A DNA stretch of 64,000 nucleotides from Selenomonadaceae bacterium (GCA_017549815.1 JAFYNH010000018.1:586-64585); one strand, 5' to 3'; positions 43,782 to 52,938 are shown, counted from the first letter of the stretch. The notes: a model not told the origin generated them from the sequence alone. Numbers and translations: made by a program.

Positions 43782-45116
43782 TCAAATCATCTCCTGCCAA
43801 ATAATTTTATCTTCAACAGTTATATCCTCGCCGAATTGAACTTCGATAATTTTCATCAATTCATCGGCAATGACAGTGTGTTTGCAACTGACAGGAATTT
43901 TTACGCTGTCACCTGCGCGGACAAATTTTTCTTCGCCGTCGATTATAATCCTGCCCGAACCCGCTATAAAATTCCAAACCTCGTTGCGCCGCTCGTGACT
44001 ATGATATTTCATGCGACTGCCACGATTTAAAGTTACCTTAATCGTCAAGCTTTTTTCGTCGGCGTCAATGATTTTAAACGTTCCCCAAGACTTTTCGGCA
44101 AAGCGAATTTGCTTGTCCAAATTTTCGACGAACGGTTTAATGAAACTCGACGACACTTTGTCAGAAACTAAAATGCCTTCGGGCGAGGCGGCAACAACGG
44201 CGTCTTTTAAGCCCATGCAGATTATCGGAACGTCGGAGCTATTTATAACGTGTAAATTTCTGCAAGTTTTATCCGATTGAACTTGTCCTATAAAATTTGA
44301 TTCGAGGACTTCAGTTAGCGTGTTCCAAGTGCCAATATCTCTCCACTCGCCGACGTAGCGGACGACTTTAATATTTTTCTCATGCTCGACAACGGCATAG
44401 TCAAAACTGATATTCGGCAGGGCGTCATAATTTTCTTTAAGCTCAGCGTGCGAAGAAGTTCCCAAAAGTTTTTGCGCCTTGTCTAAAATATAACTAAGCT
44501 TGAAAGCGAAAACTCCGCCGTTCCATAAGCCGCCCGCGTCGATAAATTTCTGTGCGTCGATAAGATTCGGTTTCTCTTTGAACATTTTGACGCGACTGAT
44601 TTTATCGTTGGTGTCGGGGATAATGTAGCCGTATTTCTCGCTCGGATAAATCGGTTCGATTCCCATTAAGATTAACGGGGCATTGTCGGAAATTTGTTCG
44701 ACAAGCAATAAAAATTGCGCAAAAAAATTATCGTCAACATAAGGATCGACGGGACAAATTATAATATTTTCGTTCGCGCAGATTCTTTTAATGTCGTGAA
44801 GATAAGCCGCCGCCAAAGCTATTGACGGAAAAGTATTTCGGCGACAAGGCTCAACTGATAAATCAAAGTTATCTCCAAGATATTTTTTTAGGAGTGTCAC
44901 CTGTTTTTTAGCCGTAGCGATTGTAACTATTGCTTCCGCGCAGGTTCGGCGAATTTGTTTCAAGACTCGTTGCAACATGCATTCTTCGTCCTTAAAAATT
45001 TTCAGAAATTGTTTTGAGTAAACGTCATTTGACAACGGCCATAATCTTTGCCCGCTCCCGCCCGATAATAAAATTATTTTCAACGGCATTTCTCCTTCCA
45101 AAAGTCGTGAATACAT
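43782..45116 (-). CDS. manC: Mannose-1-phosphate guanylyltransferase (with C-terminal cupin)
   Basis: KIILLSGGSGQRLWPLS nucleotidyltransferase motif and a C-terminal cupin (YHSHERRNEVW). The start could instead be the ATG at 45089. Confidence 0.85.
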   Translation of the reverse strand: MYSRLLEGEMPLKIILLSGGSGQRLWPLSNDVYSKQFLKIFKDEECMLQRVLKQIRRTCAEAIVTIATAKKQVTLLKKYLGDNFDLSVEPCRRNTFPSIALAAAYLHDIKRICANENIIICPVDPYVDDNFFAQFLLLVEQISDNAPLILMGIEPIYPSEKYGYIIPDTNDKISRVKMFKEKPNLIDAQKFIDAGGLWNGGVFAFKLSYILDKAQKLLGTSSHAELKENYDALPNISFDYAVVEHEKNIKVVRYVGEWRDIGTWNTLTEVLESNFIGQVQSDKTCRNLHVINSSDVPIICMGLKDAVVAASPEGILVSDKVSSSFIKPFVENLDKQIRFAEKSWGTFKIIDADEKSLTIKVTLNRGSRMKYHSHERRNEVWNFIAGSGRIIIDGEEKFVRAGDSVKIPVSCKHTVIADELMKIIEVQFGEDITVEDKIIWQEMI

Positions 45117-47206
45117 CTAATAATTTTGTCTAAATGTTCCCTTTGCAAGCCGTGATGACAGCCCACATAAAATCCGTAATGATTAATCCACTCGGCAACA
45201 GGATAATCTTTTTCCACGTCGCCGAAAAATTTTTTATAAATCGGCTGATTTAAAAGCGGCATCATCGGGCGCGTCTCAATATTATTTTTCTCAAGCCAAG
45301 TCGTAAGCTCCCAACGTGTGAACGGCGCATTTTCTTTAACGACAATAGGATACATCATGAACGAATGCTCGACGTGTTCAGGATACTGCGGCAGTTGCAG
45401 ATAATCCTGCACGTCCTGCAAATTTTCTGTAAGATAAGCCGCATTTGCCTTGCGCGTATTCATTATAAAATCCTTATGCTCCAACTGATCTAAACCAATC
45501 GCGCCTTCAAACTCGCCGATTCGGTAGCTGTAGCCGAGCCGAACAAACGTAAAGCGTTTATCCATTTCCGTTTTTGTTCGTAGCGGACAAACTTTTCTGG
45601 GATTCGAGGCTACGCATTCCTCGCAAGTGCAAGCTCTGCCGTGAGCAATCAACGAACGTACAATTTCCATAATCTCGCGGTCATTAGTCGTAACAACTCC
45701 GCCGACGCCCGTCGTTATCGTGTGTGCAACGTAAGTGCTGAAACCCGCAACTTCGCCGAAACTGCCGACGGGTTTATTTTTATAAGTGGCAAAGTGAGCC
45801 TCCGCGCAGTCTTCAATAATTTTAAGATTATATTTTTCGGCAAGCGCAACTATCGGTTCCATGTCGCAAGGTTGTCCGAAAAGATGAACGGGCATTACCG
45901 CCACCGTGTCGCCGTCAATCTTAGACTCAATCTGCGCGGGGTCGATATTATAAGTTTTTGAATCAACGTCGACAAAGACAGGCTCAAGTCCCGCGTGTAA
46001 ACAGGCATTGGACGAGGCAATAAACGTTACGGCGGGGACAAGTACTTTGGAATTCGTTTTCCAATTAAATTTCTCCTTCAAAGCCTCAAGTCCGACATGT
46101 AAAGCACTCGTGCCGCTGTTTAGCGCGATACCATATTTTTGATCGTGAAGTCTGGCAAATTCCTTCTCAAACTTGCGAACAAAGGTACCTTGCGACAACC
46201 TGTTTGCGTCGAGCATTTCATTGACAAGCCGTTTACCTGTGTCGCTTATAAACGCCCAGCCAATACCAATTTTGTTTTTATTTTTAACGTCGATATGTTC
46301 ACGGTAAAAATCAACCGTTAATTTAATGCCGTCTTCCAAACTTGTCTTCGGACGCCAACCAAATTTCAACATGCGCGTTACGTCGGTTAATTTGCGTTTC
46401 ATGCCGGCGGGTTTAGTTAAATCATGCGTAAACGTACCCTTGTAGCCTACAACCTTCGCAATAGTTTGATAATAATCATCAACGGAATAATCTTCGCCGA
46501 GTCCGACGTTCATAAGGTCAGGCAGTTCGTCAAAGCGTTCGACGGCTTGCCAAATGCAATCAGCCAAATCGCCTGCATACATGAATTCCCTGCGAGCCGT
46601 GCCGTCGCCCCAAATCTCAAGCTCCGTTTTGTCGTCGTCGATTGCTTTAATAATCCTTTGAATGACTGCAGGAATCATATGCGCTCTTTCGCCCGTGAAT
46701 TTATCCCAACGTCCGTAAATGTTGCAAGGAATTAGCGTCTTATATTGGAATTCGGGATTTTCTCGCATAATGTAACTGCACATTCTGGCGCAAGAAATTT
46801 TTGCAAGCGCGTAGCCTTCATTGGTCGGTTCGAGTTCTCCCGCTAAAATCATTTCTTCGGTTAAGGGCGTTTCATGATTGCGCGGATACATACAGGAGGA
46901 GCCGAGATTTATAAATTTCTTGACACCTGCGCGGTAAGCTCCGTAGATGACGTTGCGCCCCATGTCGAGATTTTCAACCAGAAATTTAAGCGGCTGTTGC
47001 ATATTTGCCGCTATGCCGCCTACGACGCCCGCCGCATGTATCACCAAATCAGGACGATTCTTTTCCAGATAATCATAAACCGCGTCTTTATCAATCAAAT
47101 CTAATTCCTTATGGCTCGGCGTGAGGAGTTCATATTTTTTGCTAAAAGGCGACTCTAAAACGTTATGACCGACCAAGCCGCTTGAACCCGTAAGCAAAAT
47201 TTTCAT
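45080..47206 (-). CDS. Fusion of a GDP-fucose-synthase-like epimerase/reductase (ColC-like) with a DegT-family sugar 3-dehydratase (ColD/E1-like, His replacing the PLP lysine)
   Basis: N-terminal ~310 aa: ILLTGSSGLVGHN and PTNEGYALAKI (SDR YxxxK). C-terminal ~390 aa: LNSGTSALHVGL and AGFSTYVAHTITTGVGG, where canonical DegT has FS....K..T.GEGG, followed by HGRACTCEEC...VC. Confidence 0.75.
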   Translation of the reverse strand: MKILLTGSSGLVGHNVLESPFSKKYELLTPSHKELDLIDKDAVYDYLEKNRPDLVIHAAGVVGGIAANMQQPLKFLVENLDMGRNVIYGAYRAGVKKFINLGSSCMYPRNHETPLTEEMILAGELEPTNEGYALAKISCARMCSYIMRENPEFQYKTLIPCNIYGRWDKFTGERAHMIPAVIQRIIKAIDDDKTELEIWGDGTARREFMYAGDLADCIWQAVERFDELPDLMNVGLGEDYSVDDYYQTIAKVVGYKGTFTHDLTKPAGMKRKLTDVTRMLKFGWRPKTSLEDGIKLTVDFYREHIDVKNKNKIGIGWAFISDTGKRLVNEMLDANRLSQGTFVRKFEKEFARLHDQKYGIALNSGTSALHVGLEALKEKFNWKTNSKVLVPAVTFIASSNACLHAGLEPVFVDVDSKTYNIDPAQIESKIDGDTVAVMPVHLFGQPCDMEPIVALAEKYNLKIIEDCAEAHFATYKNKPVGSFGEVAGFSTYVAHTITTGVGGVVTTNDREIMEIVRSLIAHGRACTCEECVASNPRKVCPLRTKTEMDKRFTFVRLGYSYRIGEFEGAIGLDQLEHKDFIMNTRKANAAYLTENLQDVQDYLQLPQYPEHVEHSFMMYPIVVKENAPFTRWELTTWLEKNNIETRPMMPLLNQPIYKKFFGDVEKDYPVAEWINHYGFYVGCHHGLQREHLDKIIRCIHDFWKEKCR

Positions 47207-47246
47207 ATTTAGTTCCTCCTATAACTTCTAATTCTTTTCCATATAT

Positions 47247-48263
47247 TCACCGTCCGTAAAGTTTTAAATCGGCTTGAACCATAATTTTAACCAGCTCGCG
47301 GAAGGAAACTTTGCGTTGCCAACCCAAAATTTTTTGTGCTTTGGAAGGGTCTCCCAAAAGTAAATCGACTTCGGCGGGACGAAAATATTTTGGATTAACA
47401 TCGACCAAAAGTTTTCCCGTTTTCGCGCAGTAACCTTTTTCTTCGACGCCTGTACCTTTCCAAGTAATTTTTATGCCGACCTCTTCAAATGCCGCCTCAA
47501 CAAATTCCCTAACCGTGTGGGTTTCGCCTGTCGCCAAAACAAAATCGTCGGGTTTGTCCTGTTGAAGAATCAACCATTGCCCTTCTACATAGTCTTTCGC
47601 AAAGCCCCAATCGCGTTTAGCGTCCAAATTGCCTAACGATAATTTTTCCTGCAAGCCCGCGCAGATTTTCGCAACCGCGATTGAAATTTTCCGCGTAACA
47701 AAATCTTCGCCGCGTCTCGGAGATTCGTGATTAAATAAAATCCCGTTGCAGGCGAACATACCATAAGCCTCGCGATAATTTACCGTTATCCAATATGAAT
47801 AAAGTTTCGCCGCTCCATACGGACTGCGCGGGTGAAACGGCGTTTTCTCGGATTGCGGCGCGGTTTCGGGCAAGCCTCCGAAAAGTTCAGACGTTGACGC
47901 TTGATAAAACTTCGTGTCAATCTTATTTTGACGAATCGCCTCTAAGATTTTAAGCGTGCCGACGCCCGTCGCCTCCGCTGTGTATTCAGGAACTTCAAAC
48001 GAAATCCCCACATGCGATTGAGCCGCCAAGTTGTAAACTTCGTCAGGCTGTATCTCGCGAATTAAATTGTTTAACCCCGATGAATCCGTCAAGTCGCCAT
48101 AGTGCAAGAAAAAATTTGCGTCGTTGATATGGTCAATTCGTTGTGTGCAAGGCGTGCTATGTCGCCGAATAAGCCCGTGAACTTCGTTGCCCTTCGACAG
48201 CAAAAGCTCCGCCAAATAAGAGCCGTCTTGCCCCGTCACGCCCGTTATCAGTGCTATTTTCAT
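47247..48263 (-). CDS. gmd: GDP-mannose 4,6-dehydratase
   Basis: [28 protein letters not shown] and NHESPRRG. The ATG at 48263 follows AGGAG. Confidence 0.9.
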   Translation of the reverse strand: MKIALITGVTGQDGSYLAELLLSKGNEVHGLIRRHSTPCTQRIDHINDANFFLHYGDLTDSSGLNNLIREIQPDEVYNLAAQSHVGISFEVPEYTAEATGVGTLKILEAIRQNKIDTKFYQASTSELFGGLPETAPQSEKTPFHPRSPYGAAKLYSYWITVNYREAYGMFACNGILFNHESPRRGEDFVTRKISIAVAKICAGLQEKLSLGNLDAKRDWGFAKDYVEGQWLILQQDKPDDFVLATGETHTVREFVEAAFEEVGIKITWKGTGVEEKGYCAKTGKLLVDVNPKYFRPAEVDLLLGDPSKAQKILGWQRKVSFRELVKIMVQADLKLYGR

Positions 48264-48332
48264 AAATGCTTCTCCTGTTATAACACTTTTTAATCCCAAA
48301 AGCCCGCCGTGTCGTAAAGTTTAATCATAATT

Positions 48333-48599
48333 TTATTTGTCGTCGTAATGACCTTTGCAAGATTTGACCGCAATAATATTTCCGTCTTTGATTTTATAAA
48401 TAAGGCGGTGTTCGTCATTGATTCTGCGCGACCAACCTTCCTCATGCTTAAGCTTTTCGGGTTTACCGATACCTTTAGCCGCGCCATTGCGTTCGATATC
48501 GTTAAGAATAGTGTCTATCTTGTCGAGAATTTTTCTGTCGTTATGCGCCCAATACATGAAGTCATTAAGAGCGTCATTTAAAAATAAAACGTTCGGCAT
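48333..48599 (-). CDS. yoeB: YoeB/Txe-family type II toxin (mRNA interferase)
   Basis: DFMYWAHNDRKILDKIDTILNDIERNG..GIGKPEKLKHEEGWSRRINDEHRLIYKI...CKGHY. The ATG shares one base with the upstream stop (TAATG). Confidence 0.85.
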   Translation of the reverse strand: MPNVLFLNDALNDFMYWAHNDRKILDKIDTILNDIERNGAAKGIGKPEKLKHEEGWSRRINDEHRLIYKIKDGNIIAVKSCKGHYDDK

Positions 48600-48823
48600 T
48601 AAAATTTCCTCAATTCTTCCAACGTAAACATTGTGCCGCAACCTGCCTCAAGTTCCTCTTCAGCGCGGTCGAGCTTGGCAAGAAACTTTGCGTTATTAAT
48701 GCACTGCTCAAATTTTTCTATCCCACGCATTTTGACTTCTTCGATAAAATATTTCCATTCACGCGGCGAGAAAGTAGTATTTTCGTCCGGAATGTCAATT
48801 GGATTTGTTTTATACTTTGCCAT
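48599..48823 (-). CDS. Cognate antitoxin, atypical: only the C-terminal toxin-binding-like tail resembles YefM/Phd
   Basis: 74 aa (MAKYKTNPIDIPDENTTF...LAKLDRAEEELEAGCGTMFTLEELRKF). AAAGGAGGG RBS. Placement and 1-nt overlap with yoeB support the call. The family assignment is weak. Confidence 0.55.
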   Translation of the reverse strand: MAKYKTNPIDIPDENTTFSPREWKYFIEEVKMRGIEKFEQCINNAKFLAKLDRAEEELEAGCGTMFTLEELRKF

Positions 48824-48836
48824 TTTAAACCCTCCT

Positions 48837-51158
48837 TTAAAAATCGGCGAGCGACAAAATTTTTTCACAGAGTTCTGGGAATTCGATACCAGCCGCCCTT
48901 GCCGCGTCGGGCACGAGTGAAGTCTCTGTCATACCGGGGATTGAATTAATCTCTATGACGTAGGGAATATTTTCTTCCGAAAGCATAACGTCAATCCGAG
49001 CGACGCCCGCGCATTTGCAAATTTTGAACGCCGCAATCGCCAACTTTTGAACTTCGGCGGTAACTTCGTCGGGAATCTGCGCGGGTACAATGTGCGTCGA
49101 CAAGCCCTTAGTGTATTTAGTTTTATAATCGTAGCGACCAGTCGTCGTGGTAATTTCAATAACGGGCAGAGCCTCTGCGTCGTCCTCATTACCCATAACC
49201 GCAACCGTCAATTCGCGCCCCTTAATAAATTCCTCAACCAAAATTTCGTCGCCCAAACTGAAAGCGTCTTCAATCGCCTCGTCAAGGTCAAGAGATTTTT
49301 CGACGATACTGACGCCGATACTGGAGCCTTGCGACGACGCCTTGATAACGACGGGCAAGCCGAATTTCTTTTCAATCTCGGCGGCAAGCTCAGTGTTGCG
49401 GTCGACTTCACGATAGACGGCGAATTTAGGCGTAGAAATCTGCGCTGAGTTAAGAAAATGTTTAGTGGCGATTTTATCCATAGTCAACGCGGCGGCAAGC
49501 ACTCCCGAACCCGTGTAAGGAATTTTCATCATTTCGAGCGTACCTTGAATCAGTCCGTCTTCGCCGTATTTTCCGTGAACCGCGTTAAAGACTATGCCGC
49601 AATTTTTTTCGCGAATCGTCTCGGCGAAAGTCTGCGGATTAAGTTCCATAAGTTCGACGTTATAATTTTTAGACTTAAGCGCGTCGGCAATCGCCTTTCC
49701 TGTGCGCCGCGAAACTTCAGCTTCCGTCGAAGTGCCGCCGCATACTACGACAATTTTTTTCTCGTGAAAGTCCTTGAGTAACTCCAAAAGTTCATCTCCC
49801 GTTTTATAAATATCGCCCGCGCCCATTGTGATAACCAAATCGCCCGGTGACAGTTGGTCTTTAATCGCGGCGGCAATGTTTTCACGATTAGGAATGTAGG
49901 AGACGGCTTGATTAGTTGCGCTCAAAACTTCTTGGACAATCGACTCGCCACCGACGCCCGAAATTTTTTCTTCGCCCGCAGAATAAACGTCAGTCAAAAT
50001 CAGATTATCCGCCTCGCGAAATGCCTTGCCGAATTCTTTAAGCAAAAGTTGCGTGCGGCTGTATCTGTGCGGCTGGAAGATACAAAAAATTTTATGGGGC
50101 TTAGTCTCGCGAGCGGCTTTAAGAGTGGCGGCAATTTCAGTCGGGTGATGCGCGTAGTCGTCGACAACCAAAATATTTCTGACGCGCCCTTTTACTTGGA
50201 AACGTCTCTTTGCGCCGTGAAAATTGCTTAAGCCTTCGGCAATCTTATCAAAACTTACGCCGACCTCAAGAGCCGTTGCAATCGTCGCCAGCGCGTTAAG
50301 GACGTTATGCCGCCCGTGAATCGACAAATTTATCTTGCCGAGAGTTTCTCCGCCGCGAACCGCCTCAAAAATAATTCCCTTAGTCGTCGTGCGAATGTTG
50401 CGGGCGGTAAAATCGGCGTCGTTATCAATGGCGTAGGAAATGACTTTACGCTTGATGTCCTTTGCAATGTCGCGCAGATTTTCGTTGTCAAAGCAGAGAA
50501 CTGCAACGCCCGACTCGCGATTGACATTTTCGATAAAAATTTTGAAGGCGGCGCGAATCCTTTCAACAGTGCCGTAATGGTCGAGGTGGTCGTCTTCGAC
50601 GTTGGTAACTACGGCTATCGCGGGCTTGAGCGTCAAAAAGGAGCCGTCACTTTCGTCGGCTTCGGTAACGAGCCAATCGCTTTTGCCTAAAACCGCGCCC
50701 GTGCCCAAGTCGGTTGATTCGCCGCCGATAATGATTGTCGGGTCGACGTCCGCGCTGTGCAAGACGTAACCAATCATTGAAGTCGTAGTAGTTTTGCCGT
50801 GCGAGCCGGAGACCGCGATACCTTTGCGCGAATTCAGCAGGTAAGAGTTAATGTCGGAGCGGTGGAGCTTAGGAATTTTAAATTTGCTAGCCGCAACGAC
50901 TTCTGGGTTATCGGCGGGAATAGCTGACGAGCAAACGATAGCCTCAACAGGATTGCCCTTTTCGTCAAGGATATTTTTAGCCTTATGTCCGACGAAAATT
51001 CTCGCGCCAAGATTTCTGAGCATGTCGAGCGTAGGAGAATCCTTGCTATCGGAGCCGCTGATTTCGCAACCGAGTTCAATCAAAATTTTAGCGAGCGCAC
51101 TCATACCCACGCCGCCAATTCCTATAAAGTGATATTTTTTCAAGCCGTCGAGTTTCAA
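48837..51158 (-). CDS. murC/ddl: Bifunctional UDP-N-acetylmuramate--L-alanine ligase / D-alanine--D-alanine ligase fusion
   Basis: HFIGIGGVGMSALA and GSHGKTTTTSM (MurC). From KIVVVCGGTSTEAEVS onward the sequence is a Ddl ATP-grasp domain ending EINSIPGMTETSLVP. 773 aa. Confidence 0.9.
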   Translation of the reverse strand: MKLDGLKKYHFIGIGGVGMSALAKILIELGCEISGSDSKDSPTLDMLRNLGARIFVGHKAKNILDEKGNPVEAIVCSSAIPADNPEVVAASKFKIPKLHRSDINSYLLNSRKGIAVSGSHGKTTTTSMIGYVLHSADVDPTIIIGGESTDLGTGAVLGKSDWLVTEADESDGSFLTLKPAIAVVTNVEDDHLDHYGTVERIRAAFKIFIENVNRESGVAVLCFDNENLRDIAKDIKRKVISYAIDNDADFTARNIRTTTKGIIFEAVRGGETLGKINLSIHGRHNVLNALATIATALEVGVSFDKIAEGLSNFHGAKRRFQVKGRVRNILVVDDYAHHPTEIAATLKAARETKPHKIFCIFQPHRYSRTQLLLKEFGKAFREADNLILTDVYSAGEEKISGVGGESIVQEVLSATNQAVSYIPNRENIAAAIKDQLSPGDLVITMGAGDIYKTGDELLELLKDFHEKKIVVVCGGTSTEAEVSRRTGKAIADALKSKNYNVELMELNPQTFAETIREKNCGIVFNAVHGKYGEDGLIQGTLEMMKIPYTGSGVLAAALTMDKIATKHFLNSAQISTPKFAVYREVDRNTELAAEIEKKFGLPVVIKASSQGSSIGVSIVEKSLDLDEAIEDAFSLGDEILVEEFIKGRELTVAVMGNEDDAEALPVIEITTTTGRYDYKTKYTKGLSTHIVPAQIPDEVTAEVQKLAIAAFKICKCAGVARIDVMLSEENIPYVIEINSIPGMTETSLVPDAARAAGIEFPELCEKILSLADF

Positions 51159-51159
51159 A

Positions 51160-51534
51160 TTATTTTTCCTCCCGTTTTATAACCTTGTTTAAATCTTTAT
51201 CGAAAGTGAAGACTTCCGCATTTTCCACATCATGATATGCCGCCAATATACAATCAACGAAATCAAGTTTTGTTTCGGCAAAAATTTTTATAGCGCGAAA
51301 TATTACTTCTCTGCGCTCCACTTCGACAAGATTCACAGCCGTAAAAAGTTGTCGAGCGATGTCTTTTCTTTCGACGTTATAAAATGTGCGTAAAACATGA
51401 TCCACTTCTGCCAAAACTTCTGGCAACGTCCAAGCACCGGCTTTTATAATTTCATCGGCTTGTTTAGCCTGTTTTTCATTGTCATGTAAAAGAGCGCGAA
51501 GTATAACATTTGTATCAACCAAGACTTTCGACAT
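51160..51534 (-). CDS. vapC: PIN-domain toxin (VapC family)
   Basis: VLVDTNVILR (Asp), PEVLAEV (Glu), LDFVDCIL and FTFDKD (acidic quartet). The stop is 1 nt from the murC ATG. Confidence 0.85.
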   Translation of the reverse strand: MSKVLVDTNVILRALLHDNEKQAKQADEIIKAGAWTLPEVLAEVDHVLRTFYNVERKDIARQLFTAVNLVEVERREVIFRAIKIFAETKLDFVDCILAAYHDVENAEVFTFDKDLNKVIKREEK

Positions 51535-51796
51535 ATTTTTTCACCACAGCCCTTTCCAATGCACTCTTTTCAAACGGAATTAATGCAGGGTTTGCATACT
51601 TTGCCAACGCGCCGAAAAGTTCTGTGTGTTCAACTTTGGGCTTATTTACAGGAATGCCCTCGCTTTGATTGACGTTGTACTTCACCAAAAGACTGATTGC
51701 TTCTGATAATGTCAAACCGATACTCGTATAAAGTTTCTCTGCCGCTTCCTTCAAATCGGCGTCCAATTCGATTTCAACAGTGATTTTGTCAGCCAT
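51515..51796 (-). CDS. RelB/DinJ-like antitoxin partnered with VapC
   Basis: ITVEIELDADLKEAAEKLYTSIGLTLSEAISLLVKY is an RHH DinJ-like N-terminus. It overlaps vapC by 20 nt. GAGGAGG RBS lies 12 nt after the murG stop. Confidence 0.7.
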   Translation of the reverse strand: MADKITVEIELDADLKEAAEKLYTSIGLTLSEAISLLVKYNVNQSEGIPVNKPKVEHTELFGALAKYANPALIPFEKSALERAVVKKYVESLG

Positions 51797-51808
51797 GATA
51801 AATCCTCC

Positions 51809-52903
51809 TCAAGTCAATTCTAAGATTAAGTCGGCGATTTCGTCTGCCGCATTTGGTTTTCCGAGTGATAAGCTTGCCGCCGCCATAGACTTTAATTTTT
51901 CGGACGAAGATAAAAGTTCGTCGAGATTTTTCTGTAAAAGCTCTGCCGTCAAGTCTTTATTTAAAATCATACGAGCCGCGCCCGCGTCGACAAGTGTACG
52001 CGCATTGAATTCTTGATGATTTTCTGCCGCGTAGGGATAAGGAATTAAAATTGAGGGAATTCCTCGCGCCGTCAATTCCGCTAAACCCGTTGCGCCTGCG
52101 CGGAATATTGCCAAATCAGCCATAGCCATAGCTTGCGGCATGTTGTAGAGGTAAGGCACGACTTTTATATTGGGCGCGTCGAGTACGTCGGTTAATTTAC
52201 TCGTGACAGAATCGAATTCGCCCTTGCCCGTGACGTGAAGAAATTGCGCAGAATTTTTCACAGCCGCCGACTTCAAAACGCCAATCATCGCGTCGTTAAT
52301 ACTTCGTGCTCCGCGACTGCCGCCCGATATTAAAACAATGGGCTTGTCGGTAGTGAATCCGAATTCTTTAAGCCCGTCTTCCCTATTAGCCAGCAAAACT
52401 TCTGCGCGAATCGGATTACCCGTGTAAATCGTCTTATCGGCGGGGAAATTTTTAAGGGCGTCTTGAGTGCCGACCGCGATTTTATTCACGAACTTAGACA
52501 AAATTTTATTCGTGACGCCTGCAACCGCGTTTTGTTCCTGAATCAGCGTGGGAACTTTCATAAGGCTTGCGGCAAGGAGAATCGGACCGCAGACGTAGCC
52601 GCCCGTCCCGACGACCACATTGGGTTTAAAATCTTTAACTATGTCGGAGGCGCGTTTTATACTCCAAATGGCGTTGGCGGCGCGAGAAATATTTTCCAAA
52701 GTGAAATGACGTTCAAGCCCGCCTTCCAACTTCAGCGCAGTAAAATTTATGCCCGCCTTCGGAACAATGTCAGCCTCCAAGCCCTTTTCGGTGCCGACGT
52801 ATAAAAATTCGGCGTCGGGGCGTTTATTTTTAATTGCATTTATGAGCGTCAACGCGGGGTAAATGTGTCCGCCCGTGCCGCCGCCGGATACGATTATCTT
52901 CAT
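51809..52903 (-). CDS. murG: UDP-N-acetylglucosamine--N-acetylmuramyl-(pentapeptide) pyrophosphoryl-undecaprenol GlcNAc transferase
   Basis: IIVSGGGTGGHIYPAL N-terminus. 364 aa with a GT28 layout. Confidence 0.9.
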   Translation of the reverse strand: MKIIVSGGGTGGHIYPALTLINAIKNKRPDAEFLYVGTEKGLEADIVPKAGINFTALKLEGGLERHFTLENISRAANAIWSIKRASDIVKDFKPNVVVGTGGYVCGPILLAASLMKVPTLIQEQNAVAGVTNKILSKFVNKIAVGTQDALKNFPADKTIYTGNPIRAEVLLANREDGLKEFGFTTDKPIVLISGGSRGARSINDAMIGVLKSAAVKNSAQFLHVTGKGEFDSVTSKLTDVLDAPNIKVVPYLYNMPQAMAMADLAIFRAGATGLAELTARGIPSILIPYPYAAENHQEFNARTLVDAGAARMILNKDLTAELLQKNLDELLSSSEKLKSMAAASLSLGKPNAADEIADLILELT

Positions 52904-52938
52904 GCTTTGCTGTTGCCTCGTTTTTTAAGCTTTGAGCT

